A stretch of DNA of 64,000 nucleotides from assembly GCF_009914755.1 (NCBI RefSeq), contig NC_060943.1; one strand, given 5' to 3'. The DNA is from the human T2T-CHM13v2.0 reference genome, Homo sapiens. Position 1 is the stretch's first letter. Each line of letters begins with the position of its first letter. The notes below the pieces were generated by a model that was not told the DNA's origin, did no database searches, and saw nothing but the letters and a program-made list of their open reading frames with translations. Position numbers and translations under genes: made by a program. Positions 1 to 14,057 of this stretch are shown here, piece by piece.

Positions 1-13
1 CATTGTTCTTCAA

Positions 14-120
14 GAGAAAGGAAAGGAAAGGAAGAAGGTGGGAAAGAAAGAAGAAAGGAAGGGAAAAGGAAGGAAAGGAAGAAGAAAGAAGGGAGGGGTG
101 GCAGGAAGGAAGTGGGGAGC
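14..120. repeat. GA-rich simple repeat (GGAAA/GAAG)
   Basis: Nearly pure purine run built from gaaag/gaagg units. Confidence 0.85.
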
Positions 121-881
121 CGAGATGGAGACAGATGTGGTAGGCACGTGTAGATCAGCCTTGCCCAGGCTTCTGCTGTTCTTGGAGGATGACGACGATT
201 CTCTCCGTATTTAAGAAGCTGTGAGTTTGGCCTCCTCCAGTTCCCTGGGGCTTGTGGCTGTTTTCCAAGCCAGTGTTAAGGGACTGAGGACAGGCTGTGC
301 CCTCCACGGATGGGACTTGCTGGACGACATCAAGACATACAATTCCGCTCTCCACAGTCAGAGGTATCGCCATCCACTTAGTCAGTCTAACTGAAAATGC
401 ATCTGCAATTCCTGTTTTGTTTGGTTTTGTTTTTAAGGATTGCTTTCCCTAGCCTATCGATCTCCAAGCCTGACATAGCCTTCTGTAATTGTACCCGAGC
501 CCATCCGCCAGAATGATGAAATGCCTGTAGTGTCACCTGCCAATAGTGATACGATTTACCCCCTAGAATTCTCCCCGGTGGAGGTAGCACAGCCAGGCTC
601 ACTGTCATCCATGATTCCTTGGGGAAGATGGTTTCTCAAACAAGATGACTGTGTTCTCCCCAAAAGACACCAAGTTTCCAGAACGCTTGCATGGACAGAA
701 CAGAGGACGAAGCCAACACCCGCAGTTGCTGGGGACAACCGAGAAGGCTGCTGTGCATCTGTGCTCAGACATCAGCATGTGCCCCAGCCAGAGGGGCCTC
801 CCAAGGCTGAAGAGGATGCCGTGCACAGCAGAAGGGCCATCCTCCACCTGCCCCAGAGAGCAGTGGCTTCTTCAAGGTGCC

Positions 882-1589
882 TGTAAACCAAAAAGCATCT
901 GAGACGGGTCTCAGTCAACTCAGAGTGTATTCTGCCAAGGTTGAGGACACACCCAGGAAAAAGAGACACAAGTAGGATCTGTGGCCTGTGCTTTTTCCAA
1001 AGAGGGTTTGGAGGACGTCGATCTTTAAAGGGGAAAGAGCAGCAGGAGGGGAAGGAGGAAAGAAAGAAAAAGGGCTGGTAGGTAGTGAGGAGAGTGGTCA
1101 CGTGCTTCTGAGGCTTTGATTAGCGCTCACTGAGTCCACTTGTTGCAGTGGCAGGAGGGTAGAGAAACGGCCAATTATGCATTCATTTTGTGCTCAGTAA
1201 ATCTGCACTTTACATAAAGTAAAATAAAGTAAAGCATGGAGCAGAGAAAGAAGCCAGATGCGTTTGTCTCAGGGTGAGTGGAGGAATGTCTCGGCCCGTC
1301 TTTGTCCCATAGCTGTGAAGGTGAGCTGGTCATTGACGTTGTCAGCGTCAGATTCCACAGAACTCATTTGAGAGCTAGTTTAGAGGGGACATGCGGATTC
1401 TGAAAGATCTGGGGGCCCACAAGGAATTCCCTTGTGATTAATCAGTGAGGAAAGCCACCTGGGGAGACGTATGGCCTTCTATCACTGCAGCTATCTCTTC
1501 AGAGAAGAAAAGAAGGACTCAGTTTCCAAGCTTCCCTTTTCCCTTGGCATAGTGAGTCTGGGGCCCTAAGATTGGATTTTCCTTTCACA
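882..1589 (-). mobile_element. Solo MER4-group (ERV1) LTR
   Basis: Minus strand begins TGTGAAAGGAAAATCC...ACTATGCCAAGGGAAAAG and ends ...GGTTTACA, as in MER4 LTRs. TG..CA termini; near-4-bp TSD tgcc (878-881) / tgtc (1590-1593). Confidence 0.85.
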
Positions 1590-4098
1590 TGTCTGTCCCT
1601 TGAGCCCCGCACTCATCCCCCAGCATTCTGCAAACTTCCCCAGGCCAGACCCTACGGTAAGGACTTGGACCCAAGCAGGCAGTGTAGATGGTGATCCTGG
1701 GAAACACCCACGCGGGAGGAAAGGGACAGCAGCCAGGACAGGTGTGACAATGAGCAGGCTGCTGCTGAGGGCATACTGGGGAGGTGGGCAGGGCAGGCCT
1801 TAGGCTGTCCCCCTGGGGGCAGGTGGGCTGGAGGATGCATGGACCCGCTCTGGTCCATCCTTGGCTCCTGGGGGCATGGAGTCACCAAAACTCCTGGGCT
1901 GCCCCACACAGACCAAGCCCACTCTTGTTCCAAAAGAGGCCCTTGGGAGAAAGGGCCACAGTGGGCATGGGAATGATGGGTGCCAAGCAGATGTGGGCAT
2001 GGTGGGGACAGGGTCTGCAGTGTGCTGAGTGCTTGGCCGTGGGGTTACAATGAGTCACACAGTCTCTGCTCTCAAGGAGCTCCCACTGGGCACAAGGGAA
2101 AAAAGGACAGGAGACACAGCCCCTGAGAGGCTCTCACGGCCTCCCGCAGCAGCATCGGTACCCACACGGCCTGGCCTGAAAGTCCGCCCGGCCTCTGGGC
2201 ATGGGAGATGGGCAGAATTCCGTGCTGCTGGCCTGGGATCCTGTCACCAGCAGGAGACAGTAACAGTAACAAAACCACACCACAAACTGAGTCCACAGGT
2301 CTGTGCCTCCCACGCACCAAACCCTGTCTCTGGGGATGACAGTGAGTAGGAGGAGAAACGTGTTTCTCACATCGGGAGACAGAAACAGGAGGCAGGGCGC
2401 TGCTCTTTCATCTCTCAGGCGATGCATGTTCATCACACACAGAGTCCGGGGGGGCAGGAGCAGCTTCAAGTCTCTCTGAGCTGGGAGCTCACCTCTCACG
2501 GGTCACCCAACCTCTCTGGGTTCCAGATTCCCCATGGGGAAGACCCAGGCACATTAAGCTTCCAGACAGCCCAGAGTGGGAGGCAGCAGAGTGGAGTGGA
2601 GGAGGTGGCGCCCAGCCCACGCTCTGCATGGTCACCAGGCTCCTGAGCCAGACATGCCCCCACCGCCCCTACCGGGCAGCGGCCTCCAGCTGCATCACCG
2701 TGTGTCCAGAACACAGAACTCACAGGGGCCTCCGGAACCTCCTGCCAGGCCTGGTGTTAACAGACTCTCCTCCCAGGACCCCCCATATCCTGCGTGACAA
2801 AATAGATGACATCAGGAATCCCAAGATGGAGTGCCTAAGGGGTGCGAGGCCAGAGTACAGGTGCCCACTGGCCGAGCGCCTGCTCCCGAGGCTGACTCAG
2901 CTCTCTGGAGCTCACTTTGCTCTAGACCAGCCAGCGTGTCCACCCTGCTCTCCTCCCACTCCTCCTGGCTGAGAGATCTCCAAAAGCCTCACCCCCACCC
3001 GCAAGCCTGGCCAGCTTCTGCAGGGTGGGGGCACAGCTGGAGCCAAATAGGAGCCAGCCCTCCTCAAATGCCCTCCTGTCCCAGCTGAGACAAAGGAGCC
3101 TCCAGGGAGCTGCCCAGACCCTGAGCGCATCTCACCTCTCCCGTTGAGGAGGACCTGGTGTAGAAAGGAGTGCTGGGTGTTGGGGGGTACACCTTGGTCA
3201 TTTTGGCCTTCCTCCCACCATGACCCCTCTTGCCCTCAAAGAGTGCTGGACAGAATCTTTCTCAGAGGGCCACCCCATCGGGAAGTCCCCTACGTATCTA
3301 ACCTCCATCCATCATGCTGTAAGGCAGCCTCTTTCCTCTCCTTCTGCTGTTAGTTGAGATGGGCTGGAGCCGAGCTTGTGTCCAAATGAGAGCTGCTGTG
3401 GACCCAGTCATGGCTCCGTCAGTGCCCAGCGGGAGCCTTTAGTGAGAATATCAGTGACAGGGATGGCAGTTGTTTGCTGAATGCTTCCTGTGGGCCAGGC
3501 ACGGCTAAGTGAAGGATCTCACTTACCATGTGATGATCAGCCTCTCATAGGTCAGGAGGAGGCCAAGGCAGTTAAACAACTTGGCCAAGACCCAGCCATG
3601 GGTGAGCACAGAGCTGAGATGCAGAGTGGCCCCTGCCCTGTGCCTGCAGGACACCCGCCACTCCTGGGAGGCCTCAGCATTGGGTGTCAGGAGGGACCCA
3701 CCGAGTCCCCCCAAGAGCCCCTCGGCTGTGCTCCCCTCCCCCTCCACTTAGGCACTGGCCCCTCCAGCAGACCCCTCAGAAGCCCAGTGACATCGAGGGA
3801 GCACTGATTTGCAATGACAGATTGAGCAGCTGGAACCCTGCCCATCCATCCTCAGAACTGCCTTGTGCTCCCAGCAACCCCACAGCCAAATCGCAGAAAA
3901 AGAGGCTGCCCTCCAGCACAGCCAGCTCTCCAGGCTTGCACCTGGACGCGTGCCCACTCTGGGCCTCAGCCCCTCTGTCTGTGATGGAGGCCAGAGGCCC
4001 CTCCCACTCATAACAGGGCTGGCAGGTAAGGGGCAACATTGCCTTCCTGTGGAGTTGCACAGTCCCCAGAAGCAGGTGGTGATTTAAACACCCTGATT

Positions 4099-4381
<283 letters not shown>

Positions 4382-5984
4382 CACCCCGATTCACAACACA
4401 GGCCCTGTGGGGCACCAGGCAGTGGCAGGCACAGGTGGCCCCTGGAAGACATGAGTGCCCTGGAGAAGGAAGGCTGGGCCTGGGGCACCCTGGGCTGCCC
4501 TCTGCCCAAGCCACAGGCCCCAGAGACTCTTCCCACCCAAGCCAGAAGTGGTGAGTCCCATCTCTGGCAAGTCTCAGCCCTGCCAAAGGCAGGGTCTCTT
4601 TCACCAGGAACTCAGCGTTCTGCATCTTCGAGTGTCTATGTAAATAAAACAAACTTCTGTCTGTCTGCCCCCCACGCCCTGCCCCATCACAAGGCAGCCA
4701 GCGGGTCTTAGATCAGGGCTGCATCTGTGGTGTTCCCACTCAAAGCAGCCTGGGCGCTCTGTGGTGCCCACACTGCCCTCCTTGAGGACTTTGAAGGCAC
4801 CTCGGAGGCAGTCCTTCTCAGAGTGGCTGAAACTCAGAAAGCATCACACCATTCATTCGGAGACCCCACGCATGAAGAGAGCTAGGGTAGGTTCAGCTAC
4901 AAGCCCCAGATGGAAGGGCCCAGGGGCAGGGTCGAGCTGCATGAGCCACTCCTGGGGGCAGCCCTCCCAGGTGGCAGCAGCTGAGTGCATTGTTGGTGAG
5001 ACGCATGGCTTTTCTGAGAAGCACGGGTAAGTTGGTGAGCTGTGCTGGAGGGAACGAGGCCCGCCTTCCACGTGCTCCCCTTTCAGCTGGTGGCAGGAGG
5101 CTGGGCCCCGGTGACTCCCCAGGAGTGCCTCCAGCTCTGGGCTTCTGCAGCATTTCATTCCTCCCTCATGGGGCTTGTTGGAATCTGTGTGTCCACTGAA
5201 TGGGGGTCATCATTTCAACCACAGCACCCAAGCACCTCCTCAGCAGGGAGCTGTCTTTGTGCAGGATGATGCTGGATACGCTGCTCTGCACTCAGCGGGA
5301 GAGGCAGGTGCTGCTGGGCGGGTGCTGCAGGGTGGCAGGTGCCGCTGGGCAGGTGCACAGGCCCCCTCCTCAGAGCCCGGCATGCTGGCCCTGCCAGAAG
5401 GATGCCAGGAAGCAAGAAGTGGGGGCACAGAAACGTGTGGCTGTGGACAGGCAGAGAGGAGTGCGAGGGCGTTCTAGGTGAGCAAAGGCTGGAAGCAGAA
5501 ATGTGCTGGTGATGAGAGGCCCATGGACATGCCGGGGAGGAGGGCTGAGTGGAAAGGGCTTGGACACCAGGCTGGGAGGTAGAGGAAGGAGAAAAAAATG
5601 GGCCTGGATTGGCCTGAAGCTAGAGAGACTGGGAGAGGCAGAGAAAAGGAAGCAGCGATAGGGGCGAAGAGTAATGGAAATGGAGGCAGAAGAGAGACTC
5701 CGAGAGGAAAGACAGGAAGGGGCAACCGAAGAACAGGCAGAGAAGAAAATGCGGGTCCAGGGCAGGGAGGGGCGAGGAGGCCACTTGCACTTCTGCTGAG
5801 GGGTGCCTACTCTCCTCCCTGGCCACACTCGCACCTCCTGGAAACCCTCTAGGTCCCAGCCATGGCTCTTGATATCCCCTGAGCCCAGGACCAAGATACT
5901 ATGCTGCAGCCTTCCCTCTCTAGGGCTGCCAAGTCGACAGCCTTCTCCAGGTCCTGGATAGTGGCTGGGGGTCCCTGGGAGGCA

Positions 5985-6560
5985 GGTCCGGCCTGGGGAG
6001 GGGGCGGTGCCGGGAGGCTGCTGTCTGTGCCACAGAGGTCACTAAGAGGCTCCCTGCTGTGTGACAGTGGCCCCAGATCATTGGAGTACAGTGCCGCAGG
6101 CCCTCCCAGCCTGACCTTCTGGGAGACCCCAGGGCGTGCCGGAGGTCTGGATAGTCTCCCTGTCCTGGGTCCAGGGCCAGGCCCGGGACTGAGAGCTCCG
6201 CACAGTGAGGCGCGCACCACTTGAGCCCAGCAGCCTGGGGAATGGACCTCGCCTCTCCCTCGAGCGCTGGGAGGGGCGGGTAAGGCCTAACAATGTGACC
6301 ATCTGCTTCACCCCTTTCCACTCTCTGGCTCCTCCTCTGTAAACGAGCTCCACAACATTCCAGACCGCACGCCAAATCGGAAAACTCTGGACTCACAACC
6401 ACGGGCTTAAATGCCTAATTAAGCTCATTCTTTGAACCAAGCCATATTTGAATGCATCTGTCAGCCCTCCTCCAGCTCGCCTCGCAGCGGGGTGGGACAG
6501 CGCTAACGGGAGTGGGAGAGGCAGCGCAGCCTGGCAGACAGGCCCCTGAGCCGTCCCCAG
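5985..6560. promoter_or_regulatory. Candidate cis-regulatory element (locally CpG-enriched)
   Basis: Two GC-box-like GGGGCGG sites, CCATCTG 6299, ACATTCC 6355, TAATTA 6416, CATCTGTCA 6455, GGACAGCGC 6495; no repeat recognised. Confidence 0.45.
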
Positions 6561-7057
6561 CCTTTCCTGGTCCCCGATCTGCCCTGGTGGGGCTGTTCGA
6601 ACGCTTGGTCCCTGAGGTTTTACAGTCACCAGATTCATCTGTAGCCTTTGCTCCTGGGCCTGCAGTGAACCCCTCGGCTCCCCACCTCCCTGTCCCCGTC
6701 CCTGGAAGGCTTGGCGGGCACCTGCCTCGGCTTCAGACTCCTCTGGTGCAGCACCTGCCAAGCCCAGGCCCTGCCTTGCTGGGGAAGCTCCGTGTAGCTG
6801 AGGCCTGCGTCAGTTTCCTCTATCCCGGACCAGAGATGGATGCTCCCTCCCTTCTCAGCACCCTCCATTCAAACCATTTGTGGCAGCCGCGCCACACCAG
6901 AGGGTGCAGGTCGCAGCCCAGTGCTCTGAAGAGGGGGCCACGGGGAGCCAGGAGACCACAGGCGTGGGTTCTGAGCCCACGTCCGCTGCTGCCTCCCCGG
7001 GTCCCGGCATCAATTCCCCACCCGCTCACCTCCCTGAGCCTGCAACAAGAGGATGTG

Positions 7058-7905
<848 letters not shown>

Positions 7906-10900
7906 AAAAGGATGTGAGGAATAACTCCACTCACGGCCCTCCCTGGGGTGCACCTCCTCCGTGTACCTGACCACACATCAGGGGAAGGCACAGAGCTGGG
8001 ACAGAAGCCCAGAGGTGTCCTGTCACCCCCCTGCTGCAGGCTGTCAGCCCCTCCTCATCACTTGCAGGGCCCAGACAAGGCAGCCCACCCGCCACAGGTG
8101 ATGGGACCCCCAGCCACCCCTCCGGCTCCCCAACCCTGTGCCCCTCTCCCCAGCACCCCTCTGGTTCTGATGCGACAAGCCTTCTACAGGACCAGTGGCC
8201 ACACTGCTCCCACCCTGGCCCTCACACTCTCTGCCTTCTCTTCCAGAAATGCTTGCCCCTTCCTCCTTGTTACCTGGCTCCCCCGATCCCTTAGGCCTCC
8301 CCTAATCCTCAACTGGCACCCCCAGCCCCTGTGTGGCCCCTTCCATCCTGGCACTTGTCTCTCCTGCTGACCTGGGAGCTCCAAAGCAGCAAGGACCTCA
8401 GCTGTCTCCCTCCCTGATCCTCAGGTTCCCAGCACCCAGGGCTGGGCCAGGCTTCAGCTGAGTGCTCTGCTGTTACCTGTAGAGTGAGTGGGTGGGTGGA
8501 CTTTATAACCATGGCCCACCAGCCTTGACCTTTCATACAGTTTGACAGACCTCTTGCTGCCCCAGGCAGCCCCATGGCCCTGAAGGCAAGGGTACCCCTG
8601 TAGCACATCCCAGGGACAGAGCCAGACTCTACTACCTCCACCCCCTGCAACACCATTTTCTTTCCTGCCCTTCCCTGTTGCAAGCATATTCAAATGTTTA
8701 AATTCTGTTTGGGGAACAATTAGCCTGACATATGGTCTCATCACGTTTTGTCTTCCGATGGAAAAATCCAGGGGAAACTTGGAAAATGATGACTGGCGAG
8801 GCTTTAACGTGTTTTTGCTTTTTTTGATGGTCACAAGCAAGCCACAGATGAAAAGCCTGTTACCATCTGGTCCAACCCTCTCATCTGACTCAGGGGGAAA
8901 CTGAGGCCCAGTGAGAAGAAGGTACCAGCCTAAGGTCTCCCAGATGCAAAATCCAGAGCCCTTGGCACTTGCCTCTCCGCCTCAATAACCTTCAGAGAGT
9001 TGGACCTAATCTTTGCAGTGGGGTGGTGGAAAGAGGGGCTTTTAGGGCCAACATGCTCGAGTTCTGTCCTCGAGATTGTGTGGCTGGAAGGCTTCATACC
9101 CCTGGACCATAAGAGGATGGCAGAATGGGGAGGACCTGCAGTTCCCTGTCTAGACCCCTCTTTGGTATCCCCATCAGGCAATGGCTTGGCCAACCAGGCC
9201 CCCGCTTCACTGCCCAGTGACGTCCAGACCTTGTTGCCATCCACCCTGCAGCTCCTAAGGATCCAGACGGCATCTGCCAAGAAGATACAGCAAGCCTGCC
9301 TGGAATCAGAACCCACTCCTGTGACTGCCAGAAAGAGCCCACTCCCTGCATCTTGCCCCGCTGGGCCTCATCTTTCCTGGGGATGGGGGTGAAATACCCA
9401 GCCACTTTCTGGCCCCTAGAGGCCCGATGTGCACATAGACGGGCTGGATGACATGTGCCTGGGCTCACTTATGGAGCATCTGTCCCCTCCCTCACCACAA
9501 TATCAAATCCCGCAAGCAGAAGCAGGAGGAAGTCTGTCTCTGCCTGCGTGTGGTAGCTGGCACATCCCTGGTGCTCCATGCTGTGGGTGCCCGGCCACTC
9601 GCCTCTACAAGGACAGTGCTGTATGCTGACAAAGCTTTTCCATTCTGCATAATGGTTTTGTTTGGTTTTTGTTGTTGTTCACAAGAACCCAGGCAGGTAT
9701 GATTATTATCATGCTGACTTTGTGAATGAGACAACGGAGACTCAGAGAGTGAAGGCGACACATTCAGTAAGGGGCAGGGCCAGGATGTCCCCTGTGTCAT
9801 AGGCTCTAGGGAGCTCAGGCACTCCTAGAGGGGAGATGTGAAGGCATCTCCCTGGGCTGGAGCTGAATGAGGATAATTCCCCTCCCTTTGTTCTGCAAGG
9901 AGTGGAGTCCCTGGAGCTACATCCAGTGCCATGGTCCAGAAAGGGCAGACCTGTAGCCAAGAGATGTCCCCCAAGCACCGTCACATGCCTGAGGTCCTGA
10001 GGATGCTGTGGAGGGGCCACCCTCAGTGCACGCCTGAGCCGACACTGCAGAGCCTGGCTGTGTAGAGGTTCCCAGGAAGGACCTCCAGCAAGGGCAGGGC
10101 TAGATCCCGCCTGCCCACAGGGAAGGAGAAGCACAGGTGGGGAGAGCACAGGTGCTCTTTCCCTCCCGATGTATCAGCTGGGGGCCTAGCGCACAGGCCT
10201 TCTGCCAGGAGTGGAGGCTGCATGGGCATTCTGCAGGCCACCCCGTCCCCCCAGAAGCCCCACCACAGACAGCCACATGTTGAGCCTCCAGCTGACAGGG
10301 CACAGCTCTGACAACAGTGAGCAGCTGGGGGACCACACTCGTTAGCTCCCATTTAGGAGAAAAGGCATGCCTTGTCCTTCCTCCCTGAGCTGGGCTCCTG
10401 CAGGGCCTGGCCGGTGGCAGTTAAAGCATCCGGACGCTTTCGGACTCCCTGCCGCAGGAGGGGCTGCCCGGCCAGGGCTAGCGGGTGACCATGCTGTGCT
10501 GAGCGCCCACAGAAAGGGCTGGGCCCTACAGACTAATCCATTGTAGGGGCATGGACGGGAGTCGGGAGGCTCCTGTTGCTACAAAATGACAGTCCATCCA
10601 TCCAATGTTCACTGCTGCCAGCTCTGTGGGCCCCCAAGAGCCACACGGTCTCTGACCTGGGGAGCACACAGGGAAGAGAAGCCAGCCCAGAGGTAGATGG
10701 CTTAGCCTGTACATGTGGCCCATGGAGGGCCTGGTAGGCTTCCTAGAAGAGGCATCTGACATCTGGGTCTTGAAGGATGAATAGGAGTTTGCTTCCAAGG
10801 GCGGATGGGAGAGAAATAGTCCAGACAGAAAGCACAGGCCATGTCCAGTCACAGAGCTAGAATTCTTCAAACCCAGGTCTCTCTGCTGTCAAAGCTGGTA

Positions 10901-10996
10901 CTCTTAGAAGCTGCATTCTGCTGCTTGATGCAGGGGGAGCTGCAAACACCAAGCCAAGACTTGGAGAAGGGCCTAGGAACGGGCGCATTCAGGTGT

Positions 10997-11317
10997 TGTC
11001 TTCATCCATTTCGGCTGCCATAACAAAAATACCAGAGACTAGGAGAGACTTGTAAACAACAGAAGTTTATTGCTCACACCTGGAGGCTGGGAAGTCTAAT
11101 ATCAAGGCCCCAGCAGATTTGGTATTGCATGAGGGCCCCCCACTTCCTCACAGATGGCCATCTTCTCACTCTAACAAAACAGCAAGGAATCTCTCAGGCC
11201 TCTTCAAAAATGGCATTAATCCGTCAATCCCATTCATGAGGGCTCCTCCCCAGTGGCCTAATCACCCCCCAATTCTCCACCTCCTAAAACCATCACCTTA
11301 AGGACCAGGATGTCAGA
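10997..11317 (-). mobile_element. MLT1A/MLT1A0-like MaLR LTR
   Basis: TGTCTTCATCCATTTCGGCTGCCATAACAAAAATACC...CCCATTCATGAGGGCTCC, the antisense MLT1A pattern. Confidence 0.8.
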
Positions 11318-11430
11318 TTGTTTTGTTTTAGAGACAGAGTCTTGCCCTGTCACCCAGACTGGAGTGCAGTGGCACAGTCACAGCTCACTGCAGCCTCAAC
11401 CTCCTGGGCTCAAAGGATCCTCCTGCTCCT
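11318..11430 (-). mobile_element. AluJ/FRAM-like right-arm fragment
   Basis: GAGACAGAGTCTTGCCCTGTCACCCAGACTGGAGTGCAGTGGC...CCTCCTGGGCTCAA. Confidence 0.85.
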
Positions 11431-12212
11431 GTGTGTAAATCTCCCACCTGCTGAGAGAAGCCAGCTCCCCAAACCACATGCACATCAGACTCTATCTCCA
11501 GATTCCATGTGAAATCCACCAAACGTGGGCCACCCAGGCGGTGGAGCACCGAAGGAGACACACATGAGGAAGACACAGGAAGGGGCTCTGTGTCACCTGG
11601 GACTGGCTCTGGGAGGATGCTGCAGCATTGGCTCTCAGGGACACAGAGCAGGCAGGGACACCCTCTGGGACAGGGACAGGACAGTTAGAGTGTGGAAAGA
11701 TGGGGAGGGCAGAGGACACACCACACAGAAGTGTGGTACAGGCAAAGGCATCGAGAGAGACCCTCCCAGGGCAGGAGGGGACAGAAATGGTCCAGACAGA
11801 AAGACAGCCTGGAGGGAGCCAGCCACACTGATGATGATGGATAACATCTGTGGAAGGTTTGGAAACAGGAAATGACAAGAGCAAAAAATAAAAAATAAAA
11901 TAAGGAAAATTAACCTAGCCATGGTACAGTCAGAAAACTACTAAGTATTCCAGGAAAAGGTTGGAGAGAGAAGGGTTTCTAAATTTCATTCTCAGAATCT
12001 AAAATAAAACTGATTTTCTGGCCTCTGGGAGCTCTGGAGAAGCTCTGGAAGTTGCAGGACCTGTGCAGTCACCACATCTTCCAGCTTTCCAGCCAGGTCA
12101 TCGCTCCCCAAGTCCCAAATTGTGTGACTGTGACCACGATGGTCTCAAGGTGAGGGGCAATCAGAAGGGCTTTCAAAGACATGAGGTGTGGGCTCAGAGG
12201 CATGCACCAACT

Positions 12213-12327
12213 CATACATGCCAACTCATACACACACACACACACGCACTCACACACATGCGCACACACGCACACACATGCACTCTCACGCACACACACA
12301 CATACACATACACATACGCATACACAG
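12213..12327. repeat. Imperfect (CA)n
   Basis: Direct inspection. Confidence 0.9.
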
Positions 12328-12379
12328 CAGCTCAGCGGTGGTGCACATTTTCTGTTATCAAAGGAGACAACAAAGAGGG

Positions 12380-12700
12380 GTCATGAAATGCAGCCAGCAG
12401 ATGGAAGCCCGCTAAAATGTCAGCCAGAAGAAATAGCCCACGTCAGAAAAACAAAATTCCAGTTTAGCAAAATCCTTCCCTCCTCCCCCACTCCTCAGAG
12501 AAAATTTCCCGTGGAGGCCCCTGGAACTTTGGCAATCCAAGAAGAGTTATTTATTCTGGACCGCCGCGCCGCTGTGCATGTTAAGTACAAAAAGGAAAAA
12601 TGCTTTCGGATTTGGAAATGGGGTTGCAGTCGCAGATGGTGCCTGAACATGCATAAATTCGGTGACTGCGTGAACAGATGGAAACTTGAAGGGGAAAAAA
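12380..12700. promoter_or_regulatory. Candidate enhancer with three CAGATGG E-boxes
   Basis: CAGATGG at 12398, 12633 and 12675; ATGCATAAAT; CpG cluster CCGCCGCGCCG. Confidence 0.4.
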
Positions 12701-13329
12701 AAAATTAAAAAAAAACAACCTAGCATTTATCTGCCAGGCCACTGCGGAGCTGGAGAAGGGGAATCTGTCACTTGACTAGGAGGGTCTCGGTCTTCCAATC
12801 TGTGGGATGGGGGTAAGAAACCACCATACTCAATGGTCATTCCCAGCTGAGTTTCAGCCCTGTCTCTGCCACTGAGGAGCTGGGGGACCTGGCCCCTTAC
12901 TTAACCTACTTCTTCATGTGACCCCGGGGATAATGCAGATGACCTGGCAGGGTTGTTGTGAGAATTGCCTGAAGTCATCCATGCATAGGACCTATCTGTA
13001 CCTAGCCAGGGCGACAGCCCCATGAGTGGGGCCTCACTTGCCAGATAAAGCCCGGAGTAGCCCAGAGAGGAAGATGGAGCACCCTGAAAGCTCCACTGGT
13101 CGGTCCCACAGGAGAGGGGCTGGGGAGAGAGAGAGAGGAAATAGAGACGGACTCCTCCCAGCTTCCCCTTTCCAGAAGGTTTCTGGGCTCTGGGCAAGAG
13201 CTGCACAGGCATGCTGTTCAGGAGAAGCCGACGGTAGGCCAGGCTGCAAGGGCTGTGCCAAGAAAGGGTCTGTGGGCAGGTTCAGTGGGAACGTAGGAAG
13301 AATGAAGATAACTTAGAAGGAGGGTTCTT

Positions 13330-13966
13330 TCTCTTTTTGTTTTTGAGACAGGGGCTCCCTCTGTCACCCAGGCTAGAGTGCCGGGGTGCATTCATGGCTC
13401 ACTGAAGCCTCAACCTCCTGGGCTCAAGATCCTCCCACATCCGTGCACCAACACACCTGGTGATATGGGTCAGACTTTGTGTCCCCACCAAATCTCATCT
13501 TAAATTGTAATCCCCAGGTGTTGAGGGAAAGACCTGGTGGGACGTGTTTGGATCATGGGGGTGGTTCCCCCATGCTGTCCTCATGATAGAGAGTGATTTC
13601 TCATGAGATTTGATGGTTTTATAAGGGGCTCTTACCCTTTCACTTCCTACACATCCTCTCTCACCTACCGCCACGTAAGACGTGCCTGCTTCCCCTTCCG
13701 CCACGATCATAAATTTCCTGAGGCCTTTCCTGCCATGAGGAACTGTGAGTCAGTTAAACCTCTTTTCTTATAAATTACCCAGTCTCAGGCAGTTCTTCAT
13801 AGCAGTGTGAAAATGGACTAATACACTTGGGTAATTTTCTTTTAATTTTTTGTAGGGACAAGGTCTCGTTACGTTACCTAGGCTGGTCTCGAACTCCTGG
13901 CCTCAAGCAATTCTCCCACCTCGGCCTTCCGAAGTGCTGGGATCTCAGGTGTGAGCCACCATGCTC
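13330..13966 (-). mobile_element. AluJ split by a THE1 insertion
   Basis: Antisense right arm 13330-13460; A-rich linker and left arm 13831-13966. Confidence 0.88.
13461..13825 (+). mobile_element. Solo THE1D-like MaLR LTR
   Basis: TGATATGG...CAGTTCTTCATAGCAGTGTGAAAATGGACTAATACA; 5-bp TSD CCTGG / CTTGG. Confidence 0.92.
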
Positions 13967-14057
13967 AGAGCCAAAGGGAAGGTTCTATCCAGGGTGCCCA
14001 GAGATTCTTAGCAAGTCAGTCCTCAGATTCTGCTCCACACTGGGGAGTCCACATGGT

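Noticed and set aside
155-400. Possible exon (CAG|GCTTC...AAGCT|GTGAGT) or coding-looking text
   Set aside because: Weak acceptor, early stops, no recognisable protein.
6485-6505. Full REST/RE1 site (also GGACAGCGCC near 16779)
   Set aside because: Only the right half-site is present; no TTCAGCACC left half.
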